Positions 44,607 through 59,696 of a DNA stretch of 64,000 bases are shown here, piece after piece. Where the stretch lies: the NCBI RefSeq assembly GCF_020745735.1, contig NC_083409.1, positions 47,822,048 through 47,886,047 on the forward strand, written 5' to 3'. The notes under the pieces were generated by a model. It was given only the letters and a program-made list of their open reading frames with translations, did no database searches and was not told the origin of the DNA. Every line of letters starts with the position of its first letter. Within the stretch, counting starts at the first letter, position 1. Position numbers and translations under genes: made by a program. The DNA is from Hemiscyllium ocellatum (taxonomy: Eukaryota).

Positions 44607-47600
44607 GTAGGAGCCTGACCTGCTGTGCTTTTCCAGCATCTGCAGTACCCACCTCCGCCTGAGAGGGAGAGACGGTGTAACCCCTTCCCCCAGAGTTCTG
44701 AGAGGGAGTCATATGGCTCACGGCACAGGGATCAATGCTGCTACATCTGGCACTGTAACCCCGCGTGTCCGCGCTGTCAGCTCTCCACACAACATAAACA
44801 CACAGGCTTAAGTGCCCTTTTCACAGAAACCTGCACTGTCTCACATCTGCACTGACACATCCCCCGTGCAGTGCTACTCCCAGACCGTCACACACACACA
44901 AACAGACCGGATCATAAAAACAACGAGGTATCCATCCAGTCTACAGACACTGTCACACACTGTCTCTCACTGCCAGCAACCTATCACTCTCAAACACTTA
45001 CAGTTTGGATCATGCATAGAGCTGTCAGGACATATAGACATAGGCAACTTCTATCTCTACTGTATACATACACTGGTAAATGATCCAGAAGTACCCAAGT
45101 TGTATTTATTATGATTGCTGGGTGTCCTTGTTAAACATGTTGTATAAATTAAACATTTACAACATGCTTTATTTTCTCAGATAATATAGAGGGTGTTCTT
45201 CAGTTTAGCTGCAGCTCTGTTGCTGTCCTGTCTCTGAGTCAGAAGGTTATAGGATGAGTCTCATTTCAGGACCTTAGCACAGGAATCAACATTGACACTC
45301 CATTGAGAAGTTTCCTCAACCAGTATCATAAAAACAAATTATTCTGGATTTAACACGTTGCTGCATGTAAGGACTTGCTGTGCATACATTATCTGTTGCA
45401 TTGACTGTATTACAATAATTATTGCAAATGAAAGCTATTCTTTTACAAATATTTGCTGGAAGGTGCTGCTGAGGTGGTTCTGTGGAGTTGTAGCTAATTA
45501 CAATTTACAGACATTAATATTCATTCCAGAGATGGGCTGGAACGATTACAAAATAATTAACAAACTGAAGCCGTCAGTTGTCTCCTATCTCATGTTGAGG
45601 TTTAGTTCCACACGCAGAAGACATTCAGTAATATTCACCCATGTGGTGGTTTTCTGTTTTCATGCTTGAATTGTAAGTGTTGATAGTTATTCAACTGTGA
45701 AAGCCGTCACATTGTATTTGAATCTGGTCTGACCCCGTTATGAACACATTCTAACAGAGGCTTGCTGGATTGTAACTGGGAGTGAGAGACTTGTCCATTT
45801 TTACTGAGTTTCTGGCCCAATAACAAATATAAAATCTTTACACTGTGATTAATAAAACTAACTCTAACAGATGGGCATCTTTTGGCTCTTTTACTCATTA
45901 TTACACTCTCTTTTGAAGGATTTCTAATTAACTTCCAACTTGTCCATCACCCATTGTCTCTTTGGTACCTCTTCACTGCCTTTGTAACATACTGCAGCAT
46001 TGTCCACAAGTTAGTATCAATTCCAGCAAAACAGCTGGAACTGAGCTCAAGTCTCTGAATCCAGTGCATGGCAAACTCCAGCAGTACGCACTGAATCTGG
46101 CTTATGTAGCCCAAGAGTCCTGGGAGCCACTGGAATTGTGTCTGTGAGATAAAGAGCCTGTGTGACAACTCAAGATGGCACTCTGATTCCAACAGCATCT
46201 CAGGTGTAAGCATGTGTGCACTAAAATAGTGGAGATATTCAGTTGAAGTGGAAAATATCAGATGAGTGTAACTCTACGGTTTCAGTAACAAAAATAGGAA
46301 TAGCTGGAATCAATCAGCGATTGAGCCACAACATCTATGAAGTGAACCCTTCATTAACGGCATTGGTGCAGGATTTATTTCTGAATCATTTTACTTCCTC
46401 TTTTCTCCACAATTGTTTTGTTCACCTTGCTCAATTTTTTTCAACGCTGTGATCTCTCGGACCTATACTTCTGCTTTTTTTATCCCTGTGATAACATGTC
46501 CCATAATCGTTCAAACCACAATAGAAAAATGTGATTGCTCAGATATCCTAGAACAAAATGGACAACAGTGCATATTCAAAATGAACAACACTAAGTCTGG
46601 GAATATAAGACTAGAAATTATTCTTCAGTTGTATGGAGTTTTGGTCAGGCCCCATTTGGAGCATTTCTCTCAGTTTAGGAGTTATGCCTCAGGAAGGATA
46701 GATCGAATTTGGAGGGAGATTCACCAAAATAATCTGAGGGTCTGGAAGATTAAATTATGCAGATTGTATGAATTGGGTATGTATTCCTTGAAATTTAGAA
46801 TGTTGCAGAATAATTTAGTTTGCATGTTCAAATCATAAAGTGACTTGATGAGGTTACATTGAAGATTTGCATGAATGTAGCACTTTTCATGACCACAAGA
46901 TCTTGCAAAGTATTTTATAGCCACTGAAGTACTTTTGAAGTGTAATTATTCTTATAATGTGGGAAATGTAACAGCTAATTTGTGCACAACAAGCTCCTAC
47001 AAATAGCAATGTGTTAATTTGTGATGCCAATCAATATTGGACAACTTTTGGACAGGACACCAGAGATACCTCCCCTGCATGTTATGCAATATAGAGTTAA
47101 ATATTTACATCTCCCACATCCTTTGGCAGGGGATCAAAGAGAAGGGGGCAACCATCAGGAAGGAAATCAGAAGCCACTGTTTGTTCCAAAACATAGTGAC
47201 AACTGAACTATTTTCTCCTAAAGGCTGTGGATGCGAGGATATTGTAGCTTTCAGAGCTGAGATAGACAGGGCTGTATTGGATAAGGGTACCAGGATCTAC
47301 GATGGATAAATGATGTTGGGGTACAAATCGATCATGATTTAACAGAATGGTGGGATAGGCTCACAGGTCCTGAATAGCTACTCCTTCCCCTCCATTCTCG
47401 CTGCATTTTATGAAGCAGATTCTCACAGCAATGTGCTGCTATCACTGTGCACTTTGCTGGGGAAGTCTCAGATAGAGACTATCACATAGGCTTTGTGCAA
47501 AAATGTAACCTTTTTGATCCATAGAATGAACATATAGCCAAATTCTAATATAATCACCCCCCAGATTCAATCCCTTTGCTAAAAATTTAGGTTTAGTTGG

Positions 47601-49269
47601 GATGCTGGCAGTGTTTGAGCAATGCACTGACAACGCCTTTTCAAATTCACTTATAAAGAGCGCACTCACATGGCCTCCCATCCACTGCCTTTTGGGTTGC
47701 AGATTCCTATGGAATCATAGCTCCATGAGAAACAGCACATTCACTGGGAACTTGGAGGAGAATTGATGGGGGAGGGGGTGGGGAAGTTAAGCACCATGCA
47801 CATCGAGTAGGCAATGTCATTCCTCACATTGACTCAGCAATATTTCAGTATATTAAAGATGGTGAGAAAGTTCAAAGCTGTGATAGTAATATGATGTAGA
47901 TACACTAGAGGAAATTCCAGTCTGTAGTTGTTTGTTGAGGTATTCTGTAAAATAGCCAAATGTTAAAGAATTGATAATATTCTATCATATCCAATTATTG
48001 TATTATCATCAAAACATACAGCACAAAAGAAGGTCATTTAGACCATTGTGTCTGGTTAATCTCTCTCCCCTACTCTTTCCCATAGCTCAAATTCATTTTG
48101 ATAAAGTCCAGTGAGTGGCCCCTGAATAGAATATTAGTAACTGATGTCATTCCCGTCTTTATGTTCACATTCAAGCTTTAAATTGTTCCCTGTTTAACAT
48201 TTTTTACATCAAATGTATACTTAAATTGCCTAACTTCAATCTAAAGGTATTAATTACAGATTCAACCAAGCTAATCAACATCAGAATTAAAGCTTCAATC
48301 ATTAAATTAGAATTAAAAATTAAAACTCAGTATTAAATGAAGTGCAATACCTGTGAGACATCAACAATTACACATCTGCATTTACGTAGAATCTTTATCA
48401 TTATAAATATTATCAGGACTGTAATCAAGTCAGATTTGACACCAAACCACATAGGGTGATATTAGGATAGGCTTGGTCCAAGAGAGAAGTTGAAAGCAGC
48501 AGCTTAGAGAAAGAGAACGCATCCAAAGATTAGTGAAAGAATTCCTGAGTTTAGGAGCAAAATTCAGCTGTCAATTGTTGAGTAAAGAAAATTGGGATAT
48601 ACAAATGGCCAGAATTGAAGAAGCACAGAAATCTGAAAGGGTTGTAGAGTTTTAGGAGGCTGCAGAGTTTGGGAAAAGTGGGGAGGGATTTGAAAACAAG
48701 GATGAGAATTTCAAACAGGAAGCAGACACAAATCTGTATTACTGCCATTATTTCCTTTCCCTACAACTGCAGGATATGGTCTACGCCACTGTAGGCTTAA
48801 CTATTAGTGATTACAGTAGAGATAAATCGAGTCTTAATAATAATTTACAGAATTTAGTCTGTCATAGATATAACCTAATTGTAAACTTCAAGATAGATTG
48901 TCATTTTATATTCATATTATTGTAGGGATTATGTGAGTTTTAAGTTCAAAGTCTACATTCAGTGTATTATTAGTAAGCCTTAGTTTTAAGACATTATTGA
49001 TTGTAAACATAAATACACATAACCTGTCCTTAAGTAGCAAACTGGTCGTATATTCAGACACTGCTGTTCTTCTTAGTGACATTTTCAGGGACTACTGAGT
49101 GATATATCAGTGATAAACTGCTGTCACATCAGTTTTCTTCAACATTCATTCTTCTTGATGTAGTTAAAGTGACACTTACTTTAAGGTATTCAAATGACTG
49201 TGCACAGTGATTTCTTTACTTTAAACTTAAGCTACAAGTATTTAATGTTCTCAGTGTTTATAGATATTT

Positions 49270-49379
49270 ATTAATCACCCTGCTAAGAAATGTTAATACA
49301 CACCTCTGAAACAGGTGGGACTTGAACCCATCCCTCTGGTCCAGAGGTAGGGCCACTACCACTGTATCACAGAGCCCTA
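49270..49379 (-). mobile_element. Short tRNA-derived SINE-like element; second copy ~57440-57532
   Basis: Minus strand has A-box-like TGATACAGTGG and B-box GGTTCAAGTCC. Confidence 0.5.
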
Positions 49380-49665
49380 TATTAATATTTATATATTTAA
49401 CAGGTGCTGCACAATGAGCACCCAGAATCTGACATAAAAATCTTAAAATACCATGAAGGAAAATTCCCATTTCAGTCAAATAATCAATTGAAGGCCATTT
49501 TGGTTACGTAAAACTTTTCTAATCACGCAGTGTGGATCAGATTGGGCAGGGTTGGTCTGGAATCCTTGTCCAGTTGGTGGTGGTCACAGCACCGTGGGTC
49601 AGACCCGTCTTTCCGTAGAGGACTAAAGAATAAGAGGACCTTTTCTAATGTGTTGTTCAATACAT

Positions 49666-51254
49666 AATCAGAAGTCACACGACACCAGTTTATAGTCCAA
49701 CAGGTTTATTTGAAATCGCAAGCCTTTGGAGCACAGCCCCCTTTGTCAGGTGTAGTGAGAGAGAAGAACACACAGACACAGAACCGTGTAGGCAGAGGGA
49801 TCAAGGGCAGAGAGATCAAAAGATTATACAGCTGGTGTGAGTGGAGTGTCAGGTAATAAATCGCTGTGGGTGACCAAGCGTTAGTCAGCGTGAGTAAAGT
49901 CAAGAGTGTGGTGCAGGAAAAGCACAGCAGGTCAGGCAGCATCAGAGGAATAGGAAAATCGACGTTATGGGCAATAACCCTTCATCAGGATTCCCAAAAC
50001 ATTTATTTTTCTGCTCCTTGGATGCTGCCTGACCTGCTGTGCTTTTCCAGCACCATAAACTTGACTCTATTCTCCAACATCTGTAGTACTCACTTTCACC
50101 TAGTGTGAGTAAAGTGTCAGTAGCTGAATAACTAGCAAAGGGATGACCTATAACCTGATTAAATGAGGCAGATAGATAATTAAAGAAAATTAAAAATAAA
50201 GTGGTGCTGGAGATAAACTAAATGACTGGAATAACATGGTAGGTATAAGAGTCGCATGCCGACGGTCGAACCAAAGTAATAAGTAATCCAACACTGTACA
50301 AGTTAATTAAGGTAGAGAGCTCATAACAAGTTATCAAGGTGACCATGTCAAAACAGGACAGTGGGGAAGATTTTACAGATACAGAACAGTATGGTGGGGT
50401 CACATATAGTGCGACATGAACCCAAGATCTTCATGGGCATAAAACTTGGCTATCAGTTTCTGCTTGGTGATTCTGCATTGTTGTGTATCTCAAGGGCCAC
50501 TTTGGAGGACACTTATCTGAAGCTTGGAGGATGAATGTCCTTGACCGGTGAAGTGTTCCCCGACTGGGAGGGAACATCCCTGTGTGGTGATTGTTGCGCA
50601 GTGTCCATTCATCCGTTGTTGTAGCGTATGCTCGGTCTTGCCAATATACAATGCCTTGGGGCATCCTTTCCTGCAGCGTATGAGATAGACAATATTGGCC
50701 AAGTCACATGAGTATCTGCTGTGTTGGCAGTATCCATGTCAATGATCTGACATGTCTTGCAGAGGTTTCTGCGGTAGGGTTGTGTGAGGTTGTGGTCGAT
50801 ATTGTCCTGAAGGCTGAGTAGCTTGCTGTGAACAATGATCTGTTTAAGGTTTGGTGGTTATTTGAAGGCAAGAAGTGGGCACGTAGGGATGATCTTGGCA
50901 AGATGATTATTGTCATCGATGACATGTTGAAGGCTGCAAAGAACATGCTGTAGTCTCTCACTCCATTTTTAATCATTTAATTGAATTATAGAACACCCCT
51001 TCACTTGTGACACTTTACTCACACTGTCTGACACTCTTGGTCACCTATAGAGACTAATTATTCGACACTCCACTCACACCAATTGTCCAATTCTCTGTCT
51101 ATAACCTTTGTGTCTGTGTGCTCTTCTCTATCACTACCCCTGACAGACAGGCTGTCTGAAAGCTTGTGATTTCAAATAAACCTGTTGGACTATAACCTGG
51201 TGTCATGTGACTTCTGACTTTGTCCACCCCAGTCCAACACTGGCACCTCCATCA
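49666..51254. mobile_element. Penelope-like element with inverted pseudo-LTRs (GIY-YIG remnant on -)
   Basis: ORF 50490-50702 ANIVYLIRCRKGCPKALYIGKT..LQQRMNGH. Inverted termini 49668-49860 / ~51060-51218. 12-bp TSD TG(T/C)TCAATACAT at 49654-49665 / 51255-51266. Confidence 0.85.
49901..50104. mobile_element. Nested fold-back pseudo-LTR unit (family 1) with degenerate hammerhead
   Basis: TSD GTGAGTAAAGT at 49890-49900 / 50105-50115; inverted arms. Confidence 0.75.
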
Positions 51255-51599
51255 TGCTCAATACATGAGCAATGCTATGAAAATGTCCCGCTGTGGGAAA
51301 CGTTGCAGGTTAGTGTGTTCTGCAGGGAATGGGTATCACAACCAGTGAAGAATGTCATCAACGACAGAGCTGTTTGAATCATACATTTTAAAGACTTAAG
51401 AGCACATGGGCCAAAAAAGAACAATCTCCTTGCCGTGATCTGCAATACAGCTGCCTAAATGGAACCATCGTTTCAAACTCTTCCTGCCCAACTGAACTGA
51501 TGTCTTCCTATCTTGACTCAATTATTTCTCCCCTCGTCCAGTCTTTCCCCATCTACCTCTGACTGTACTAATGCTTTCTGTCACTTGGAAATTTTCCAA

Positions 51600-52145
51600 T
51601 ATTTTGGTCTTAACCATCTCCTCTTTAGCATGGCTATCCACCTCCATCCTCCATCCTCCACCCTCCACCATGTTAGTCTGAGGGCAGATTGGGTGACCAC
51701 CTCACAAAACAGTCCTTTCAGTCTGTAAGCTATCCGCCTTGTGTGTCAGTCCTGTTGCAACGATCCAATGAAGAGCAATGTAAGATTGATAGACAGCACC
51801 TCATCATTGCTTTAGAACTTTATGATCTTCCAGACTCAACCCTGAGTTCGAACATTTCAGACCAATTCATCTTAGTTATTCTTTCAGTCAGTGGGCACAT
51901 ATTTGGTTTCTTTGTTTCTTTTCTCCCACAATCACCATTCCCTTTGGCCCTGAAAGACCAACTCTTCCGCCATTTATTTGCCCTGTCTTCCTTCCTATCA
52001 CAGACTTTCCTCTGCCCTTGTCCCACCCATTCCTTGCGCAAAATCACAAACATGTTGCAGCTCTATGAAGAATCATTGACCTGAAGCATTGATTCAGTTT
52101 CCTTTCCACAGGTGCAGAGTATTTCCATCTATTTTCCATTTTACT
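51600..52145 (+). mobile_element. Highly decayed Penelope 3' fragment
   Basis: Weak similarity to 29190-29420 (..cagcacctcatc..ttagaacttta..) and a degenerate terminus. Confidence 0.4.
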
Positions 52146-52889
52146 TTGAAGATGAAGAACTGTCTGTTTCATTTCATTTGACTACATTTAGTAAACCACC
52201 ATCCTTCATGTGCATTAAAGCTGCTTGAGAGAGTGAATTCCCTTTTCCATTACAGCTATAGGATTTGGAACATGAAACTCTCATTGCCTAGATAAGAAAT
52301 TACTGGACAGGACATTAATCTAAGTTACTTCCTTCAGAGGTAAAAGCTGGTTCCATTGATGTGTGAATGTGTTGTTCTCATGTCTGCCTAGCCACAACCT
52401 TTGCTGTGCAATTGAAAGGTTTGATATTTGGCACTATTTTCCCACAATTGTCCAAAACTACCTAAAAATGTAATAATCCTGGCTTAAAGCTGCCTGTATA
52501 TAATAGATAAAAAACTGAATCTAACCATGTTAAAACATTATGAGCTTTAAAATGAATCAGTTGGAACAACGGGATCCATTTTGCCACAGGAAATCTGGTG
52601 AAAAAGTTTGTAATTGATCAATTTTACTTCTGCCCAGTGGTGGATTGCTCAGGCCTAAGTTCATGTTTGAGAGTACTTTGCCCAGTGAGTTCCTGATGCT
52701 GGTGTTTGCACTGCTGCTGATAATCCTTCAACATTATGAGTCCAAACAATCGGTACGCAAAATACATCTATAAAAACACAGTAGGACTACACAATGTGCA
52801 TGGGAAAGAAATCCAGAAATTGTCATGTATTATTGTTATTTGTTAGCCCCTTTCCTGCTTTCAGTACTCTTTACTGAGATAATTTCCTT

Positions 52890-53700
52890 CATAGAGATGT
52901 ACAGCACGGAAACAGAGCCTTCAGTCCAACTCGTCCATGCTGAGCAGATATCCTAAAGTAATCTAGTCCCATTTGTGAGCACTTTGGTCCATAACCCTCT
53001 AAACTCATCCTATTCATATACCCATCCAGATGCCTTTTAGATGTTGTTATTGTACCAGCCTCCATTACTTCCTCTGGCAGCTCATTTCATACACACTACC
53101 CGCTGTGTGAAGAAGTTGCCCCTTGGGTCCCTTTAAAATCTTTCCCTCTCTCACCCTAAACCTGTGGCCTCTAGTTCTTGACTCCACCACCTCAGGGACA
53201 AGACCCTGTCTATTTACCCTATCCATCCTCCTCATGATTTTTATAAGCCTCTGTAGGATCACCCCTCAGCCTCTGATGCTCCAGGGAAAACACCTCCAGC
53301 CTATTCAGCCTCTGACTATAGCTCAAACCCTTCAATCTTGGCAGCATCCTTAAAAATCATTTCTTAACATTTTCATGTTTCACAACTTCCTTCCGATATG
53401 AGGGAGATGAGAATTGCACACAGTATTGCAAAAGTGGCCTAACTAATGTCCGCAGCATGAACTCCCAACTCCTATACTCACTGATCTGACCAATAAAGGA
53501 AAGCATACCAAATGCTGCCTTCACTGTGCTCTCTACCTACATCTCCACTTTCAAGGAACCATGAACCTGCACTCCAAGTTCTCTTTATTGAACAACTCTC
53601 CACAGGACCTTACTATTAAGTGTATAAGTCTTGCCCTAATTTGCCTTTCCAAAATACAGCACCTTGCATTTATCTAAATTAAACTCACCTGCCACTCCTT
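52890..53700 (-). mobile_element. CR1/HER1-type LINE 3' fragment in FAM151A intron 1
   Basis: Closely similar to 37370-38145. Confidence 0.85.
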
Positions 53701-55684
53701 GGAAGATCTGCACAATTTGCCGCTTTTGCACTGTTCGGACTCCATGTCAAAAACTGATAAGATGTAGATTTCAAAACAAACCATATCTATAAGTTGAGCC
53801 AATAAAGGATACTATCAGTGTGTAGAAATTGTTTATAGATGGCAATGTGAAATGATCCTGCAGAATTGGAGGCTGCCCCTGCCTTTTAATCAGATAGCTG
53901 TGATCAAACATTGCAATTCAAAACCTCTCCCTGTATCATCTTATTTTATGTTGCACTCAGACTCAGTCACGCAGCTCCTTAATTGCTTGTAATTATCTTC
54001 ATTACAGACACCACAGAGCTCTGAGAACCGACAGTGCCTTTTACTGATGAATTCTCTGAAGCACTAGAAACGTTAATGATAATGTTGGATGATTTACAGA
54101 TTTGGGCAGAGTGTTGTTGATTGAGACACTCCCTATTTGAATGTCACCTCAATTACTCACTGCAGACACTATTCTGCATTCATCAAGATCTGGCTTTTCC
54201 CCCAACACACCCGTCTCCCCAAACAAGTTACCACCAACCCCCCCACCCCCACCCCCGCCCTTTTAATTCTTCGTTGCTTCTGACAATGGTGAATGATCTA
54301 TGGGAATGCGTCTGGGTGGTTGGTGTGGGGACCTACTGTGGGGTGGGAATTGGTGAAAAAATCCAGCATTACTGGTTGTTCTGTCCTCTATTTGAAGGTT
54401 ATTCCACTCACTTTGGCTTTGAGTGCAGACTGGTTGTTCAACAATGGAGGGCATCATGGCAGAACCTCATGATTTGCTTACCCAGTGTGTGAACACAGAT
54501 ACTGTCCAGCAAAGATTATAATATGATGGCTTCAGCTAGATTTAGTGAAGTTAAATGCTAGGAATGTCAGATAACCCAGCACAGACCATAAAGATGACAC
54601 CCGAGATTTCACTGGTCTTTGTAATACACAAATATGTTTATCCCGCTGAACATAGGTTATTGCTTTTAAGTTTGCAGTTGACATTGAATCGTGTGGTTTC
54701 TACTGTGCTTATTTTTTCCAACTAATTGCATGGCAAAGGAGCCAGTGGGCAGAAGTCCCCAGACTCTTCTTATGTTTCTGGTCACAGTGTCTCTGATTCA
54801 TTTGTCTTCTTTGAGCTTCTCCGAGATCAGATCCGGAAGCCGAGAAGTCTGAACCAGAACTTTTCAAGCTCTACTGTCTTTGTGAGTTGTATGAACTTGC
54901 ACATTGGTGATCTGGGGGCCACACATAAACTTTTGAGCCATTGAAACTCTTGTGAAGTATGGTCACTGTTTATTATAGGAAGCGAAGCAGTCTATTTATA
55001 CTCAGCAAGTTCTCACGAAAGACAATGATGATAAACAGCTAAGTTATTTTAGTAATGCTAATTGAGGAATAAACATTGGACAGAACTCTGGAGAACGCCT
55101 TTTCTCTTTTAAATTTGTAGGGGTACACATACATGCTTAAATCCAGAGCTTAGTGGAGCATGTTAACATAACATAAGGGAACATTGGGTGTGTACAAAAT
55201 ACTGGGAAACTTCCTGCTGCTTGTGCAGCTAGGACCACATTAACAGCAGGGCTTCGGTTGCTTGTTTAGATTGAGTCACGAAGAACAACCACCAATTAAT
55301 AGTGAGTGGTATGGTTCTGTAGCTCTCATTAATAAGCTAGGCTGACTTGTCAATTATCAGTTCATACTGTGGGACATGTTGGAATTAGAATGATAAGATA
55401 ATAAGGGCAGGTTGGGTGGAGAGGGGGTTAGCTGAATACCACTGCAATTTTAGAATATTTTGGCATACACTTGATTCCCAAATCTGTTTCACTTGCATCG
55501 TACCAATCAATCAGATTTGACTGTGATTGATATAGGAAAAACAAATCCAGTCACTTGCATTAACACTTTGTATGTCACAATGCAATAAAATACTAAAAGT
55601 GTGTGAACCAAAATGGTGAGAAGAACAACTTAATTAAAGTGATGACAAGTAAAATCTAAATAATATTCTTATTTGCAACTTCAG

Positions 55685-55837
55685 CCAAGGACTTTGATGT
55701 AGGTGGATCATTCAGCCCAGGTGGGGATCTACTGGAGTACTTACTTCAACAGGGAATGATTGACAGGAAGGATGGGCTGCTGGTTACATGGCACCATGCT
55801 GCAAATAGCAAGAGCGAAATGGAGGTGGCATTGAAAG
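55685..55837 (+). CDS. FAM151A: FAM151A coding exon 2
   Basis: TTCAG| ... |GTAAGT; encodes GDLLEYLLQQGMIDRKDGLLVTWHHAANSKSEMEVALK (cf. human DMLDYLL..ISRRDALEVTWYHAANSK); phase 1-1. Confidence 0.9.
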
Positions 55838-56429
55838 GTAAGTGCACAGAACAGCTGTTCTTCACAAATACATTCCTCTCTCTCTGCCCTTCCATTGAGC
55901 AGAGTATTCTTGGACAATTTGATCACTTGGATCTGTATCGATTCTCCGAAGTTGTAAGTAATCAAAAAGGGAGAAGTTGAGCTGGTTTATCTTTCCTCTT
56001 GTCAGGTTGGCTCAGTTGATAGCACTCCTGTCTCAGCATTAGAAAATTGTACGCTCGAGCCTGCTCCATGACTTAAGCTCATATCATAAGCCTATCAGAG
56101 CACTTGCTGTTAAAACAGTCTTATCAATTAGATTTGATGAATGTGAAGTGCACTGAGTCTCAAATGAGTGAGGTCTTCATTTCTAGTGTGAAAGGGATAG
56201 CCTGCCACAGGAATAACACCACCTCTTTAATCTCCATATATTGCACTTGAGACCATGTGGGATGCCCACCATTTTTCTGTCTGCTCCAAAGGACATCACA
56301 TCCCACACGATCATTTTTAGGCTAAAATTATTGTTTTTCATTAAGGCATATTGCACAGAAGCAGCAAACTGCAGCAAGACAACCAAAATGAAGAAAGACT
56401 CAAACATTTACTCCCAAGTCAAACAATTA

Positions 56430-56950
56430 GTCAAGCCTGGATTGGAAGCAGTTCAGAGAATTTTTTTTCTAGACTGATATCTGATATGGGTGGGTTGTCT
56501 TGTGAGCAGAGGTTAGACAGGTGAGAGGTCTGTATCAGCTGGAGTTTAGAAGAGAAAGAAATGACTTGGTTGAATCTTATAAAGTCCTGAGGGATCTTGA
56601 ATAGGGTAGATGTGGAGAGGATGTTTCCTGTTATGGGTGAGTCTAGAACTAGGGGTCACTGCTTAAAAATCAGGGGTTGCCTGTGCTTGTTTTAAAACAG
56701 AGATTAGGTTTAAAAAATAATCGGAGTGGTCATCAGTTTTTGGAACTCTCTCCCTAAATGAAATGGGGGAAGCAGAGTCCTGGAATATTTTTAAACCAGA
56801 GGTGGATAGGTTCTTGATAATTAAGATGTTAAATGTTGTCAAGGGTAGGCAAGAATGTGGAGTTGAAGCTACAATCAAATCAGTCATGGCCTAATCAAAT
56901 CCCAAATTAGCTCAAGGGGCTGAGTGGCATACTCTTATTCCTGATTCTTA
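56430..56950 (+). mobile_element. Decayed CR1-type LINE 3' fragment
   Basis: LEAVQR remnant and typical CR1 3' wording. Confidence 0.6.
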
Positions 56951-58301
56951 ACCAATCAAGTTCAAAGCCCCAGAGTGCATTCTATGTATTATTTGATGAA
57001 TGGCTGTTTACACTTCATTCCTGGCCTCTTGTCTATGAATTTCCAAACCATTTATAATGAGATTAACATCTGGGACAAAGCCACTTGTTTATCTATAGAT
57101 GAAAGCTCCATCTGCTATAACTGGAATCTGAACATTTGTCTCTATCTTGTAGCTCAGTAACACCAATTGGTTCTAAAATATATCTACCCTAGGTATATTA
57201 AAGAACACATAAAAAATGTAATGCAAACATTTTCCCCTATTTAACCCAGGGTGAAACCTCTGCATTCATCATAGGCTGAGAATGGACAATTTTGTAAGCT
57301 GGCTATTGGGAATAAAAGTCTGAACTGAAACTGTCCAAAACTATCCATGGACTTAAGGGAAAGATCAAGTCATATTAGAAGCTTAATGTCAAAGGATTAC
57401 CAGGTTAAACAGAAGCTGTATCCATTGATATTTTTAATCAACCTATTATGACACACCTCTGGAGCATTTAGGACTTAAACCAGGCCTCCTGGTTCAGAGT
57501 AGAAACACATTACCATAACCACATGACCCTTAGCCTGTATCCATAATGTCTACACATGGAACAATTTCAGCTGTCTCACTGTTATTAGTTTGCTGCAGTG
57601 AGTATCCTTACAGAATGCAGGCGTTAGCCTAATGCTATGCGCCCTGCGAAATAGAGAGAGAATTTGTTGGAAACAATACACTCGAGAACTGTGGAGGTTT
57701 TCTTGCTTTTATAAGTTCAGCTGAAGGGCTTCCTAAATGACCAGTATTCATGTCAATGATGTTCTGGGACTGTAGCTACCTATTCTGCGGAACAAGGAGG
57801 AAGAAATTCCCATTGTTGTTGAAGATGACAGACCTGATGGATAAGTATTTCAACCAAAATAAACTGTATGGACCATTGGGCTCGGGTTCAATAACCCGAA
57901 TGTGTTAAGGTAGCTGTTCATAGGTGGATCAACAAGTAGGATTACTGCATAATATCTCAGAATTTCTGTGTATAAATTCCTCCTCAGACATTCAGAGACA
58001 GAATCAGACAAAAGAACTCCTGGCAGGACAGACATGATTAGAGATGAGATTCTGCAGGCTGTCAACTAAAAATAACAAAGCCAGCACTCCGGGGCACAGT
58101 ATGTTAAATTGGTCAACTGGGCTGTGAAATGTGTCCAGAAACAAACTCAGAGAGAGGGGCTTCCTTCATGCATGTCTCAGTTGACCCGCCCCCTCTCCAA
58201 TCTAGCAGCAAGTCAGTGTCCATAACGATTTCAGTGAATTGTACCAATCTGCTTTGGCCTACTTTGAATAACCAGTAGAGAAAGCCATAAAGAAAGCATG
58301 A

Positions 58302-58523
<222 letters not shown>

Positions 58524-59696
58524 TGAACAATAGATCTTCCTCCTTTCCAAACCTAACTACTGCTGAAACCGTTAGCAATTTGTTACCGCTGGATTTGAAT
58601 GTTCTCACTCGTACTGGCTGACCTCTTCTACTGTCCATGTTCTAACTCACATAAGATCTCAAGTATCTGTCTTCGCTGCACTTGCTGACCTGCACTGATT
58701 CCTGCTACAACAGTGCCTTCGTTTAAAAATTTTCATTTTTGTTTTCAAATCATCAATGCCATCAGCTTCTCTATCTCTTCTCCTCCAGCATTCTTGATTT
58801 TAATCACTTAGCCTCCTTTCAGTTGCCTCGACCCTAAATTCTGGAATAATCTCCCCTACGCTGCTGCAAATCTCCAACTCTCTTTCCTTCGTGAAGATAC
58901 TCCTGAAAACCCACCATTATGATCAAGGTCTTGTTCATTGGTGTAATCTCTCCTTATGTGATTTGATATCAAATTTTTCTTGATAACACTTGGTTTACTT
59001 TATTACATTAACAAATGCAATTTATCTTTATATTAACACCTGTCTGTTCAACTTTTTAAAAAACACGTTTTATACCTTCTTCTGGATGAGTAAAATAAAC
59101 CTGTTACTTGGAGGGAGAAAAATAATCAGAAGAGATGTATGTTATTTTTGCCACAATAAAATCAATAGCTTAATAATGAGTGCCAACACCAGTTGTTTTT
59201 GTAAAGTTTGATAAGAAAATGCCCCTATAATAATCTCATACTGTTATATCTGAATACTATTCATGTTGGTGAAGTGGTCGTTAGGTAACAGAAGGGTAAC
59301 AGAACTATAAAGAGTCGATGCCACAGTAAAATTGATTTGTGCCCAAAACTGGTGCCAACTCAATCCTGTGTGCCACTGGTGCTCAAGGGATTCTCTCTGT
59401 GCCCACCCTCCTACTTGCCGTTTCTGTTAGTGCCCAATCCCTGTTTCTTCCCCCCACCTTTCACTGCTTCTGTCCCTCTCACTGCCATGGTTCCTTGATG
59501 CCAGGGATGGTGAACAGTGAGCGAGAGTGTTGGTCACCTGGCGGGAGCCAGAGAGAGGATATGAGCAGAATTGACACATACTGAGAGAGGACGATGAACA
59601 GATTTTGACTCCAGCATTCAATATCATTGAATACACTTGTAAATTCCTCAGTTTATTCTCCTGTTCTTTTCTAAAGGCATCTTGTTCATGTCTGGT

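Noticed and set aside
45195-45450. Decayed Deu-domain (SacSINE-like) SINE relics, also ~46860-47120, 54845-55100 and 56005-56180
   Set aside because: Resemblance from memory only and heavily eroded; boundaries not supportable.
57900-58070. Possible decayed Harbinger C-terminus (LLHNI ... MIRDEILQAVN*)
   Set aside because: Two short motifs in different frames; not distinguishable from chance without a profile search.
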